In this document: piece by piece, positions 18,910-29,478 of the stretch
How the letters are laid out: each line of letters starts with the position of its first letter
Numbering within the stretch: the first letter of the stretch is position 1
From: an uncultured delta proteobacterium
Lineage (GTDB): Bacteria > Desulfobacterota > Binatia > UBA9968
Reading direction: 5' to 3'
Assembly (NCBI GenBank): GCA_963804165.1
Contig: CAWDPO010000035.1
Coordinates: 32,001-96,000 of the forward strand
DNA length: 64,000 nucleotides
Translations under genes and position numbers: made by a program
Notes under the pieces: model-generated
What the model was told of the DNA's origin: nothing
Database searches by the model: none
The model's input: the letters and a program-made list of their open reading frames with translations, nothing else

Positions 18910-19956
18910 ATGATCTTTCGTGAACTCAATCGCAGCAAGTGCAAGACCTATCTTATCGGAAGTGAGATCGAGCATGTGGCTCTCCTAGTGGATCCGGTCC
19001 GCGAGAAGGTCGACCGATATCTCGCGCTGTTGGCTTATCATTCTCTTCGACTGCAGTCCGTCTTGGACACACACACTCATGCCGACCATCGCACCGCGAG
19101 TTTCGATTTAAAGGAGCTTACGGGCGCCAAGGTCATCATGCACCGCAAAGCGCCGGCGCCACACGTCGATACGCACGTGGATGAAGGCGAGGAGATTCTC
19201 GTCGGTGAACTACGACTCAAAGTCCTGCACACACCGGGTCACACGCCAGACGGTATCAGTCTTTTTGCCGGCGACCGGGTGATGACCGGAGACACGTTGC
19301 TCATCCGCGGAACCGGGCGGTGCGATTTCGCAGGCGGCGATGCCGGCGAGCAGTTCGACGCAATAACGCAAAAACTTTTCGCGCTACCGGACGAGACTCT
19401 GGTTTTTCCGGCACACGATTATCGAGGCAATACGCGATCCAACATCGGCGATGAGAAGCGTCTCAATCCGCGGCTTTGCGGTAAAACGCGCGACCAATAC
19501 ATCGACGTGATGAACAACCTAGGGCTGCCTTTGCCGGATAACATCCAAGAGGTTCTGCAACCGAATCAATCGGCCATGGACGATGACCGTCTGCGGTTTC
19601 CATCTCTCGGCGAATTGAATCAAGTCCGGCAGCTCGGCGCCGCGCAGGTCCAACTATTATTGACGGAGACGGCACCGGCGCCGATCATCGTCGATGTCCG
19701 CGAGCCCGAAGAATACAACGGCGAGCTTGGCCATATCCGCTCGAGCATTCTTGTGCCGCTCAAAGATCTCACCGCTCGCGCCGACGAATTGGTCCAGCAC
19801 AAAGACCGGCACGTGATCGTGGTTTGTCGCGCGGGAGTTCGGAGCACGACGGCGGCAGCGATTCTCACCGCTCTGGGTTTCGAGGAAGTTTCCAACCTCA
19901 AGGGCGGGATGCTGGAGTGGAACGACGCCAAGCTTCCAGTGGAGCAGGGGATTTAA
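18910..19956 (+). CDS. Persulfide dioxygenase (ETHE1-like MBL fold) fused to rhodanese
   Basis: THTHADH, HTPGHT, GRCDF, PAHDY; rhodanese DVREP..E and CRAGVRS. Confidence 0.9.
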   Translation: MIFRELNRSKCKTYLIGSEIEHVALLVDPVREKVDRYLALLAYHSLRLQSVLDTHTHADHRTASFDLKELTGAKVIMHRKAPAPHVDTHVDEGEEILVGELRLKVLHTPGHTPDGISLFAGDRVMTGDTLLIRGTGRCDFAGGDAGEQFDAITQKLFALPDETLVFPAHDYRGNTRSNIGDEKRLNPRLCGKTRDQYIDVMNNLGLPLPDNIQEVLQPNQSAMDDDRLRFPSLGELNQVRQLGAAQVQLLLTETAPAPIIVDVREPEEYNGELGHIRSSILVPLKDLTARADELVQHKDRHVIVVCRAGVRSTTAAAILTALGFEEVSNLKGGMLEWNDAKLPVEQGI

Positions 19957-20139
19957 CAGTTCCATAATTCACCGATCAAACAGTAACGATTCACGGTCGA
20001 TCTCATCCATAGATGGCTGATACCGCCAACGATAAAGTTATTCCAGCCTGTCCGAGCTAGGTCAAAAGTTGTATTAATTGGCAATATATTGGGCGATATT
20101 GACTCAATAAATAAGGCTATAGTAGTATTCGGGCCATTT

Positions 20140-20814
20140 ATGGGGCCCATCAAAGTCGTTATTGCCGACGATCACACTTTATTCCGTGAGGGCCTTAAAC
20201 GCGTGCTCTCCCTGGAGACGGAAATCCTCGTGGTGGGGGAGGCCTCAAACACCACCGAAGCGGTCCAGGTGGTCACGCGAATGCACCCCGATATTCTTTT
20301 GCTGGATCTCAAGATGCCGAGTGGCGATACCGATGAATCGCTGCGGCGGGTTGCCGAGTGCAGTCCGACAACCAAAGTGATTATTCTTACCGCACATTGC
20401 GAAGCAGAAAATCTTCTCAGCACGGCGCGAGCCCACGCACGCGGTTACGTCCTCAAAGGGGTTTCGGTGCCGACTCTCGTCGACGCGATAAAAAAAGTGA
20501 ACGCGGGAGCGATTTGGGTCGATCGAGAGCTGACGGCCGGGGATGATTTCGAGCGGATAGCGCGCAGCCTGCCGTTCGAGGTCGGCCCGCCGGCCAACGA
20601 GACTATAAACAGCTTGACGAAACGAGAATTGGAGATTCTGCAGTTGGTGGCGGAGGGGTTGTCGAATGAAGAGATCGGGAAAAAAGTCTTTATCAGCACC
20701 AAAACCGTCAAGACTCACCTCACCAATATCTTCGACAAACTGGAAGTTAACAATCGCTTCAAAGCCGCACTTTGTGTCATGCCCAATCCGTTGAAACGTA
20801 TCGCGCCACGATAA
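20140..20814 (+). CDS. NarL/LuxR-family response regulator (no kinase adjacent)
   Basis: IADDHTLFREG, LLLDLKMP, LTKRELEILQLVAEGLSNEEIG..TVKTH. Confidence 0.93.
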   Translation: MGPIKVVIADDHTLFREGLKRVLSLETEILVVGEASNTTEAVQVVTRMHPDILLLDLKMPSGDTDESLRRVAECSPTTKVIILTAHCEAENLLSTARAHARGYVLKGVSVPTLVDAIKKVNAGAIWVDRELTAGDDFERIARSLPFEVGPPANETINSLTKRELEILQLVAEGLSNEEIGKKVFISTKTVKTHLTNIFDKLEVNNRFKAALCVMPNPLKRIAPR

Positions 20815-21338
20815 CGCACGATTCTTGAAATTACATTCCACATTGCAGAACACGCTCGCCAGGCGCGGCAATAGGAGCATAAATATTCTGTTGGCGCGAA
20901 TATCTGAGATGCAGGGTCGCAGTTCGCTTCTCCCGTGCCTCGACCCATGACGTCTTTGCTCAAGTGACAACCGTTGAGGTTGCCGGGATTAAGAATGAAA
21001 TGATAAATGCTACGATTCGCTCACGACAGTTTACGCGCAGGTTTGGAGAGTCGATTTCAGCCTCAGGCACAGGTGATTGACACGTTGGAATCCTTTCGGA
21101 TAACTTTTCGCCGTGAACCACAACAGGTGACATAACAACGATGAGGTCTCGGTCACATGTCCTGAGCAAAGGGCTGGGTGAAACTTAACAGGTGCTCGTC
21201 GGCAAAGCTCACGTCGTACGGTCAAGTCTTTGATTCTTGCACGACTCGCTTTTGTTCGTGGGGATCGGAGTCGAATCACGATCGGAGTTTTCACTTAGCT
21301 TGTGGTGGCTAAACCGGACGAAAAAGGAGGGCAAAGAG

Positions 21339-21731
21339 ATGGCAAAAACGACCATGAACCCCGAGGGGCTGCCGGTTCCGCGCGGTAGTTATTCGCTGGT
21401 GGCGATTGCGCAACCGGGCCGGATGGTGTTCATCGCCGGTCAGACGGCCTCAGATCCGCAAGGTAACGTCGTTGGAATCGGCGACGTGCGCGCCCAGACA
21501 CGCTATGTGATCGGAAAAATTCAGCGCGCCGTCGAAGCCGCCGGCGGGACGATCGACGATGTTGTCGCCATGAACATTTTTACGACAGACGTTCGTTATC
21601 ATCGGGACATCAACGAAACGAGACGCGAAGTCCTGGGCTCCAACTTTCCGACCAGCACGATGGTGCAAGTCGTCGCTTTGGCGCGTCCCGAGTTGATGCT
21701 CGAAATCAACGCCACGGCAGTCATCGCGTAA
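21339..21731 (+). CDS. RidA/YjgF family protein
   Basis: AAGGAGG RBS; FIAGQT, PTSTMVQVVALARPELMLEI. Confidence 0.9.
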   Translation: MAKTTMNPEGLPVPRGSYSLVAIAQPGRMVFIAGQTASDPQGNVVGIGDVRAQTRYVIGKIQRAVEAAGGTIDDVVAMNIFTTDVRYHRDINETRREVLGSNFPTSTMVQVVALARPELMLEINATAVIA

Positions 21732-21914
21732 CATTTGTTGACGGTGGGTCTGGCCACGACGGCAATGGCAATGGAGTCTTGACTAAGGGCTGCCATCCGC
21801 GTCGACGATGATTTGACATCGGAACTGTTGCTCGGTTACCCTGAAATATTCCGGCGACGCAAATTACGACGCGCCTAGACACTGCTAAAGGGCGCAATGA
21901 ATTAGGAGACTGCG

Positions 21915-23012
21915 ATGGCTAAACCTGAAATCAGATCGGAAGCGGACGCATTTCGCGCGGCATTCCACGAGCGCATGCACGCTAACAACATGTACGGATT
22001 ATGGGAGCTGGCGAGCCAGATGACGCCGCATCCGCAGCCTAAAATGGTTCCGCACTTGTGGCCGTGGACGACGACTGAATCGATCATTGAAGAATCGGCT
22101 CGCGCGGTGCCTGTCGGCGACGAACGGCGGGCGTTGCAGCTATTCAATCCCGGGCTAGCCGGCCGTTGGGCGACAACGAACAATCTCATCGCCGCGGTGC
22201 AAATTCTTCTGCCGGGAGAAGTCGCGCGCGCGCATCGCCACACGCCGACGGCAATCCGCTTCATCATCGAGGGCACCGGAGCTTATACGGCCGTCGATGG
22301 CGAGCGGATTTATATGGAGCCCGGCGATTTGATTCTGACGCCGAGTTGGGCCTGGCATGATCACGGCAACGAAACGAAAGAGCGGGTGGTGTGGATGGAC
22401 GGGCTCGACATTCCTTTGGTCGCGTCGCTGGAGGCGATGTTTTTCCAATTCTATTCTGCCCCGCAAGTACCGGCGTCGCGTCCGCCGAATGCTTCCCGAC
22501 AAATGTACGGCCACGCGCATATCACCCCGACGTGGGTCAAGGAGAAATCGCAGTCGTCACCGTTGCTGCTCTACTCTTGGACTCAAGCCTCGCAAGCGCT
22601 CGACGCTTTGCGCGACCACGAGGGCAGCGCGTGCGATGGTGTGTTGCTGGAATACCGTCATCCGCAGACCGGCGGACCGGTGTTGCCGACGATGGCTTGC
22701 ATGGTGCAGCTGCTGCGGCCGGGCAAGCACACGAAAGCGCACCGCCATACCGGCAGCGCGGTTTATCACGTTGTAAAGGGCGGAGGTTTCACGATCATCG
22801 ACGGTCAACGCTTCAATTGGCAGAAAGGCGACATTTTCGCGCTGCCACCGTGGGCGTTGCACGAGCACGCCAATACTTCGGCGAGCGCCGATGCGGTGCT
22901 GTTCTCGATCCAGGATTTGCCGGTGCTCCAAGCGCTAGGTCTCTATTACGAAGAAGAACTTAAAGAGAACGACAGCAAGCAGAAAGTTACATCGATTTTT
23001 AAGGCGGCGTGA
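21915..23012 (+). CDS. gtdA: Gentisate 1,2-dioxygenase-like bicupin
   Basis: ERRALQLFNPGL, AHRHTPTAIRF, WAWHDH, WMDGLDIP, HRHTGS. Confidence 0.85.
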   Translation: MAKPEIRSEADAFRAAFHERMHANNMYGLWELASQMTPHPQPKMVPHLWPWTTTESIIEESARAVPVGDERRALQLFNPGLAGRWATTNNLIAAVQILLPGEVARAHRHTPTAIRFIIEGTGAYTAVDGERIYMEPGDLILTPSWAWHDHGNETKERVVWMDGLDIPLVASLEAMFFQFYSAPQVPASRPPNASRQMYGHAHITPTWVKEKSQSSPLLLYSWTQASQALDALRDHEGSACDGVLLEYRHPQTGGPVLPTMACMVQLLRPGKHTKAHRHTGSAVYHVVKGGGFTIIDGQRFNWQKGDIFALPPWALHEHANTSASADAVLFSIQDLPVLQALGLYYEEELKENDSKQKVTSIFKAA

Positions 23013-23043
23013 ATTGCACGTACCGGCTATCGAGGTCATTTTC

Positions 23044-23135
23044 AAATCTCCCCTGGCCCTATTTTTCAAAGAGGGGAAGCGGTCTGTATTAGCGATGACC
23101 CTCACCCTTCCCTCTCCCGACAAGGGGTAGGGGGG
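23044..23135. repeat. Two REP-like GC hairpins between convergent genes
   Basis: tctcccctggccctatttttcaaagagggga and ccctcacccttccctctcccgacaaggggtagggg. Confidence 0.55.
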
Positions 23136-23193
23136 GTTTGCTTTTCATGACCTTCGCGAGTAACGGTCGGGTCACGGTCTTCTTCTCTAATAG

Positions 23194-24907
23194 TCAATGC
23201 GACAGTCCGAACGAGCTGATATCTCCCTCCAGAAAAAAATGTCCCGATGATATTGCCGCGGGTGATCGGCAGATCGAGATGCGATGGATGCGACTCGTCG
23301 TGGTGGATCGTGATGCGCGCGGGACGCGGGCGGCGGATATGATTGCGCGCTAAGGCTTGCAGTGAATTCACCGCGGGCTCATCATCGGCGCCTTTGATGC
23401 GGATAGCGATGCGCTCGCCGGCTTGAAACAGGCGCGCGGTCGGCACGATGGGGATTTTCAGTTCGTATATCCTGCCCGGTTCCAGAGGTTCGCGTTTTTC
23501 GTGGGCTTGGATCGGCTCCCAAGGTTCGCTGTCATCGCGCAGCATGCGCTGCGACGCGCGCAGCCAGCCGCGGGTGAGCTCGTGTTCGTTGCCATCGCGA
23601 TCGATCAGCAGCAGCGTGGTAAACAACAGCGTATCCGTATCGGTTGTCGACACGTAAAGCGTCAGCACGCTCGGGCCGAGCACTTCGGTATTCTCCACTA
23701 GTAGCGGCGTCGAGTAGGTAAGCACGCCGTGCTCGAAGCTCGATTCGTCGAACGAATCCCCGCCTTCGGCGGGCCAAAGCTCGTGCTCGCTGAGCATGCC
23801 ATCCTTGTGCAAGTAAAACGTCGTCCAGCACGCCTCGGGCGGCGGCCAATCGCTTAAATTTTTCCATTCGCCTGTGGGCGGAATGAAGCAACGGATCGGC
23901 GGCTCGTCCATAATGCCGGTGTCTATACCTTTGAGCCAATAATCGAACCAGCGCAGCGATTCGTCTTGGTATTGATACACCGGACGGTCGAGATAAACTC
24001 CCGGGCCGATGACCATTTTTTTTGGCCCGCGCCATTTTTTCCATGCCGAGAACGCTCCCGGTAGATGTAGACCGTAATTGCCCCAGCATGCGCCGAGATA
24101 GGCGGGAATCGTCGCCTTTTCATCTTGCGCGCTGTGCTCGCGCCAAAACGGGCCGTCGAATGGATGCAACACGAAGTCGACGATCAGCGCGTTGGTGCCC
24201 GCATCGGGGTTCTGCAGCGCTTCGCGCAGCCCCGGCTGCGCCACGATCTCTTCGTCGCGCAGCGCTAGCGCGATCGCTTCTTTGTATGCGGGTTCGCCGT
24301 GTTTCTCTTTGTAGAGGCTTCGATAGTTAGGTTTGTGCAGACTGTTGCGCCAGTGACTGATGAAACCGTGCGCCAGGATACCGCCGTGATAACAGCGGTG
24401 GCGATAGTCGTCGGTGCCGGCGAACGGCGCGAAGATCGCTTTGAGTGGCGCGGGTCCGAGCGCGGCGACTGCTTTGGCCAGGCGCGCGAAGTAAGAGACG
24501 CCGAACATTCCGACCACGCCGTTGCTCCACGGTTGCGCGGCGAGCCAGTCGATCAAATCGCAAATATCGCGCACTTCCTGCGGCCCCATCAATTGATAGA
24601 AGCCTTCGGAGTTGCCGCTGCCGCGGACGTTGAAAACCGCGTGCACGTAACCGCGGCGCGCAAAGAAGGTCGAGTCGCCGCTTTCCATGTAACCGCGCAT
24701 CGGTGTGAAGCCGACGGGGAGCATCGGTGGCGATTGCAAATTCTTGTTGTACGCATGGGCGCCGAGGATGACGGGAAACTTCTCGTCTGATTTTGGTCGA
24801 TAGATATCGCCGTCAAGCAACGGGCCGTCAGGCATGCGCACTTTGACGTCGCGATCGACGACGACGTCGTATTTTCGCTCCGACGTGGACCATTGACGCG
24901 TGAACAT
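23194..24907 (-). CDS. CocE/NonD family serine hydrolase (apparent frameshift near the C-terminus; ORF track runs on to 23102)
   Basis: GGGAGG RBS; NVRGSGNSEG, GMFGVSY, RWFDYWLKG, LTRGWLRAS. Confidence 0.9.
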
Positions 24908-24967
24908 GAGTTTTGACCTCCCTGACGAAATCCCAATTACTCCAGGCGGAAGTGATTGTCCAGCACA

Positions 24968-25007
24968 CGTCGGTGCCTTGACACTTCGGAGCACCGAACG
25001 TTATTCT
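24968..25007 (+). promoter_or_regulatory. Putative sigma70 promoter with an overlapping inverted-repeat operator between divergent genes
   Basis: TTGACA(24978)-N18-TATTCT; cgtcggtgc and gcaccgaacg flank the -35. Confidence 0.5.
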
Positions 25008-25052
25008 CACACGCTATCTGCATTTAAGCGGACCGTGGGAGTAACTGGAATC

Positions 25053-25895
25053 GTGAGAATTATCGATCTTCACTGCTACCCCAATACTGAGCCCTGGATC
25101 AAATCGCAGGGGCCGTACGTCGAGGCGTTGGCGAAATACTGGAATCGAGCTTGGACGTGGAAGAGCGAAGCGGAGGTCCTCAAAGAGTTCAAGCAAGCCG
25201 GCGTCGAGGCGATGCTCGTCGCTTTCGACATCGAGTCCGTTACAGGCGCGCCGCCGTGCACCAATGAATACGTCGCCAAGTTGCGCGATGATCATCCCGG
25301 CGTTATTCGCCAGGCCTGGGGTGCGGTCGACCCGCTCAAAGGCGCGCAGGCGATCGAGGACGCAAAGAGGGCGATCGAAGAACTAAGGTTATTCGGTTTT
25401 CACTTCCATCCGATCATGGGTCATTTTTCCGTCGATGAACGCAAACTCTATCCGCTTTGGGAAACGATCAACGCGTTCAAAGTTCCGGTGATGATTGACG
25501 TGGGTACGACGGGTATGGGCGCGGGCATGCCCGGCGGTCTCGGCGCCGTGATTCGCCACGCGCATCCCGCGGCGATCGATCAACTGGCCGCCGACTTTCC
25601 TGAACTAAATATCGTCGCGGCACATCCAGGTTGGCCGTGGACCGACGAGATGCTTGCTGTGGCGCTGCACAAGGGAAATGTCTCGTGGGAACTGTCGGGT
25701 TGGGCGCCGAAATATTTCCCCGACGTGCTGAAGCGCGATATCAAAGGCCGGCTGAAAGACAAGATCATGTTCGGCAGCGACTATCCGAGCATTCCCTACG
25801 ACCGGATTTTTAAAGAATGGAAAGAGTTGGGTTACTCGGATGAACTGATGGAGAAAGTCTATCATCAGAACGCCGAGCGAATTCTTGGGCTCTGA
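25053..25895 (+). CDS. Amidohydrolase_2 family protein (CouO-like hydrolase)
   Basis: IIDLHCY, FHFHP, GTTGMGAGMPGG, AHPGWPW, MFGSDYP. Confidence 0.88.
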   Translation: MRIIDLHCYPNTEPWIKSQGPYVEALAKYWNRAWTWKSEAEVLKEFKQAGVEAMLVAFDIESVTGAPPCTNEYVAKLRDDHPGVIRQAWGAVDPLKGAQAIEDAKRAIEELRLFGFHFHPIMGHFSVDERKLYPLWETINAFKVPVMIDVGTTGMGAGMPGGLGAVIRHAHPAAIDQLAADFPELNIVAAHPGWPWTDEMLAVALHKGNVSWELSGWAPKYFPDVLKRDIKGRLKDKIMFGSDYPSIPYDRIFKEWKELGYSDELMEKVYHQNAERILGL

Positions 25896-25914
25896 CCTGG
25901 TTCGCTCTGCCGAA

Positions 25915-27103
25915 TCACTTCTGCGTTCGCAGTGCCGGCTCTTCGTCGGTGCGCTCGCGCACGGCGCCAATTAATGCCGCGTAGAGTAGCAGCGGCACTG
26001 ACGAGACGAGAATCATCGCAACAAGGATGTCGCCGGTGCCGGCAATGAGCTGTGCCGCGAGCAACGGCGCCAATACGCCCGCCGTGTAGTGCAGCGACAT
26101 AATGACGCCGGCGGCGGTGCCGGCGCTGCCGGGTGGCGCAGTTTCCTGCGCAAGTGCGACGACCAGAGCCGGGACGGACGCCTTGAGTAATCCAAAAACA
26201 AATATTCCTGCTGCCAGACCGGTCGCAGAATCTAGCCAATAGAACACCATGAAGGCCGCCGCTGCGGCTGGAAGGGCGCTCAGAGCGATGATGCGTTTAC
26301 GGCCAAATTTGTCGGACAACGATCCAAGGGTAAACGATCCGAGCATATTAGCCACGCTCAAAACACCCATGATCCAACCGGTTTCTTGAAGACTGAGCGC
26401 CTTAGCGGCGCGCAACGCGGTTGGAGTCCAAGCGGCGGAGCTCCAGAATACAGATCCACCGATGAATTCAGCGAGCGGCTAAAATCGCCGTCGATGTGGA
26501 AAGCGCGGATTTGATAGGACCCGAGCGCGCGGCCGCTCGTGTTCGGCGCTGATCTCGAATCCAATAAAACTGTAGCAACATGTCCGCGGCCGCGATCAGT
26601 CCTACTGTAAGAAACGCCGTGCGCCATCCGTTGGCCACGACGACACGACTTGCCAATACGGCTCCTATGGCCCCGCCGATGCCGTAAGTTACGGAAACGA
26701 GGCTAGCGCCAAGACCGCGCCGATGCGGTAGCAGATCGGACATGATGGCGTAAAGCGAGGGCGATGTGAAGCCGTAGCCGACGCCTGTCACGCCGAGGCA
26801 ACAAAAAAACAACAGCGTGGCATGACTGAACGCCGCGAGAGTGAAGCCCGCGGCTAAAAGGGTAAGCCCGGTGATGAGGACGGTTTTTCGGCCGATACCG
26901 TCGGCAAGCCGGCCGGCAATGCCGCTCGTAAGAGCGGCGACGACCATCATGACGGAGAAGAGACTGCCTCCGGCGAGTTCAGAAAGTGAAAAGGTGCCGC
27001 GGATCTCGGGTAGCGCGATCCCGAGCGTCGCCACCATCATGGACGGCATCAGGTTCGCGCAGGGAACGATGCCAACGGACAGACGATCCGGTCGCGCAGG
27101 CAC
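25915..27103 (-). CDS. MFS transporter (apparent frameshifts at about 26400-26470)
   Basis: Two MFS motif-A copies, GRLADGIGRK and GSLSDKFGRK; multiple TM segments. Confidence 0.82.
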
Positions 27104-27133
27104 GGATGATTGTTGTTCCTCGATGAAGAATTC

Positions 27134-27481
27134 CTATTTCAGCGGAATGAAAACGTAGTGCCGCGGCTGATTTCCGACGACTCGCGTGATATGGCCGCGC
27201 CCGGTGGTGTCTTCGGCGAGCATCACGTCGCCCGGTCCAAATCTGCGAACCGTGCCGTCGCCGGTTTCGATCTCGACCTGGCCGGAAAGAGTGATGACGT
27301 ATTGCCGTTTCGGCACGGGGTGATAAGCGCTTAAATGAGACGGCGGCGACGAGCGAAACATGATGCCGTGGGTAGGTTGCAGCGCGGAGGCTTGCATGTG
27401 TCCAATCGAATTCAGCTCGATCTCGACGTCTTCGAAATGCGATTCGTTGTCCGTTCCCGTGTAAAGTCTGACGATCTTCAT
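27134..27481 (-). CDS. Small cupin-domain protein
   Basis: YTGTDNESHFED, HPVPKRQYV, AEDTTGRGH. Confidence 0.85.
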   Translation of the reverse strand: MKIVRLYTGTDNESHFEDVEIELNSIGHMQASALQPTHGIMFRSSPPSHLSAYHPVPKRQYVITLSGQVEIETGDGTVRRFGPGDVMLAEDTTGRGHITRVVGNQPRHYVFIPLK

Positions 27482-27530
27482 GAGCCGGTTTGTAGGAGAA
27501 TCGCTCGGGAAAAGCAAACCAAAACTTTTG

Positions 27531-27569
27531 TTCCAGACGTTTCAATCGTTCCAAAGGTTCCAAAGGTTT
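27531..27569. repeat. Nonamer tandem repeat (GTTCCANNN)
   Basis: gttccagac gtttcaatc gttccaaag gttccaaag; similar run at 34531-34557. Confidence 0.65.
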
Positions 27570-27721
27570 AGGTCGGGAGCAGAAAGCAAAGCCTGAAGCA
27601 CGGATGAATTTGTGCCGAGCGTGTCTTGGCTTCGCTGCTTTACTGTGGCGGGGAAAATAGCCTATAAACCTTCTGAGCAACGCATTACTTACAAGAGTTG
27701 CGACAAATAGGAGCCATTCCC

Positions 27722-29152
27722 ATGAGTGAAGAGATTTTGAATCAATTGGCCTCAGACTTGAACAGGTTGCTCGCCGAGCCCGTCGGTAGTCGGAGAGTGA
27801 AGATCACCGACCTGACACCGAGAGACGGGCAGCAGTGCAAGCTGGCGACGCGCGTCACCACCGACGATCTCCTGCCGCTATGCGCCTCCATCGACAATTG
27901 CGGTTTCTACGCGGTGGAAGTGTGGGGCGGCGCCACGTTCGACGTCTGCATGCGCTATCTCAAAGAAGATCCGTGGGAGCGGCTGCGACGGATGAAAGCG
28001 GTGATGCCCAAAACCAAACTGCAGATGCTTTTGCGCGGCCAACATATTCTCGCCTATCGGCCGTACACCGATAAAATCGTCTACAAGTTCGTCGAACGCG
28101 CGATCGCCAACGGCATGAACGTGTTTCGCATATTCGAAGCGACCAATGATTTTAGAAACATCGAGTCTGCCACGAAGGCCGTAAAAGAGCTTGGCGGTGA
28201 GGCCCACGTCGAAGTGAACTATACCGTGAGCCCGGTTCATACTCTGGAGAAATGGATGGAGTACGCCGAACAATTGATCGAGGTTGGCGCGGATTGGTTG
28301 TCGCTCAAAGACGCGACCGGCATCATGACGCCTTTCGATTGTTACAGAATCGTCAAAGGCATTAAAGACCGCGCCAAGGGCAAGCTGCCGGTGTTGCTCC
28401 ACTGTCACGACATGGGCGGGACATCGAGCATGTGCCACCTCATGGCGATTCTCGCCGGCGTCGACATGATCGACACGGTGTTGTCGCCGTTGTCGTTTGG
28501 CTCGGCGCATCCCGCAACTGAGACCATGGTGGCCTCGTTGAAAGGCACTCCGTTCGACACCGGCATCGACGTAAAGATCTTGGAAGAGCCCGCGCAGATC
28601 ACTCGGCAGATCAAAGAAAAGTACGAGAAATACGAAACCGGATACACCGGCGTGAGCGCCGATGTGTTCATTCACAAAGTGCCCGGAGGCATGATCTCCA
28701 ACATGGTCGCGCAATTAAAAGAAGCCAAGCGGATGGATCTGATGGACGCCGCGTTGAAAGAAACGCCGAGCGTCGAAAAAGACCTCGGTCATCCGCCGCT
28801 GCTCACGCCGACAAGCCAGATCGTCGGTGTCCAAGCCGTGCTCAATGTATTGTCCGGCGAACGTTACAAGATCGTCAGCAGAGAGACGAGTGATTACGTC
28901 AAGGGCAAGTATGGCCGCCCGCCTGGCCCGGTGAATAAGGAACTGATCAAGAAAATAATGAAAGACAAAGAGCCGGATTACTCGCTGCGCTCCGGCGAAA
29001 TGGCCGATCCGGCGGATTGGGAGAAAGCAGCCAAAGATCTCGGCCCGCTGGCGAAGTGCGATGAGGATGTTCTCTTAGGCGTCTTGTTCCCGATGCAGGC
29101 CAAGGAATTTTTGACGTTGAGGGAAGGCGGAAATCAAAATCAACCACAGTAG
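27722..29152 (+). CDS. Pyruvate carboxylase B/transcarboxylase 5S/OadA-type carboxyltransferase lacking a biotinyl domain
   Basis: RDGQQ..ATR, EVWGGATFD..RYLKEDPWERLR, LKD, HCH, VPGGMISN, LTPTSQIVG; no AMKM domain. Confidence 0.88.
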   Translation: MSEEILNQLASDLNRLLAEPVGSRRVKITDLTPRDGQQCKLATRVTTDDLLPLCASIDNCGFYAVEVWGGATFDVCMRYLKEDPWERLRRMKAVMPKTKLQMLLRGQHILAYRPYTDKIVYKFVERAIANGMNVFRIFEATNDFRNIESATKAVKELGGEAHVEVNYTVSPVHTLEKWMEYAEQLIEVGADWLSLKDATGIMTPFDCYRIVKGIKDRAKGKLPVLLHCHDMGGTSSMCHLMAILAGVDMIDTVLSPLSFGSAHPATETMVASLKGTPFDTGIDVKILEEPAQITRQIKEKYEKYETGYTGVSADVFIHKVPGGMISNMVAQLKEAKRMDLMDAALKETPSVEKDLGHPPLLTPTSQIVGVQAVLNVLSGERYKIVSRETSDYVKGKYGRPPGPVNKELIKKIMKDKEPDYSLRSGEMADPADWEKAAKDLGPLAKCDEDVLLGVLFPMQAKEFLTLREGGNQNQPQ

Positions 29153-29209
29153 GAGCACGATCATCGCGCCGGTTCGCGATTTGTAACCCTAGGTATTTGA
29201 AGTTGGCAT

Positions 29210-29232
29210 TATAATAGACTAAGCTTAGTCTA
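29210..29232 (+). promoter_or_regulatory. -10 box plus perfect 18-bp operator palindrome of the TA operon
   Basis: TATAAT (29210-29215) overlapping TAGACTAAG|CTTAGTCTA (29215-29232), 3 nt before the ATG. Confidence 0.8.
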
Positions 29233-29235
29233 GTC

Positions 29236-29475
29236 ATGGAAAAAGTTAATATCCACCAAGCGAAAACACAGCTTTCTCGGCTCGTTGAATTGGCGGCCAG
29301 TGGGAAGGAAATCATCATAGCAAAGGCCGGGAAGCCTGTTGCCCGCTTGGTCCCCTATGTGACTAAAACTGAACCCCGAAGATTGGGTCAACTGCGCGGC
29401 AAGATTAAAATCAAGAAAAATTTCGACGCCCCCCTTCCTGCAAAATTGTTGGATGAGTTCGAAAGCAAGCGCTAA
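29236..29475 (+). CDS. Phd/YefM family antitoxin
   Basis: VNIHQAKTQLSRLVE...IIIAKAGKPVARLVP. Confidence 0.93.
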   Translation: MEKVNIHQAKTQLSRLVELAASGKEIIIAKAGKPVARLVPYVTKTEPRRLGQLRGKIKIKKNFDAPLPAKLLDEFESKR

Positions 29476-29478
29476 AAC

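Noticed and set aside
21030-21200. Glycine riboswitch (GGAGAG...CAGG)
   Set aside because: The CCGAAG/GCAA core and the expected stems are missing.
21835-21900. c-di-GMP-I riboswitch (GACGCAAA)
   Set aside because: No upstream GGCAAAC/GNRA stem; only a short match.
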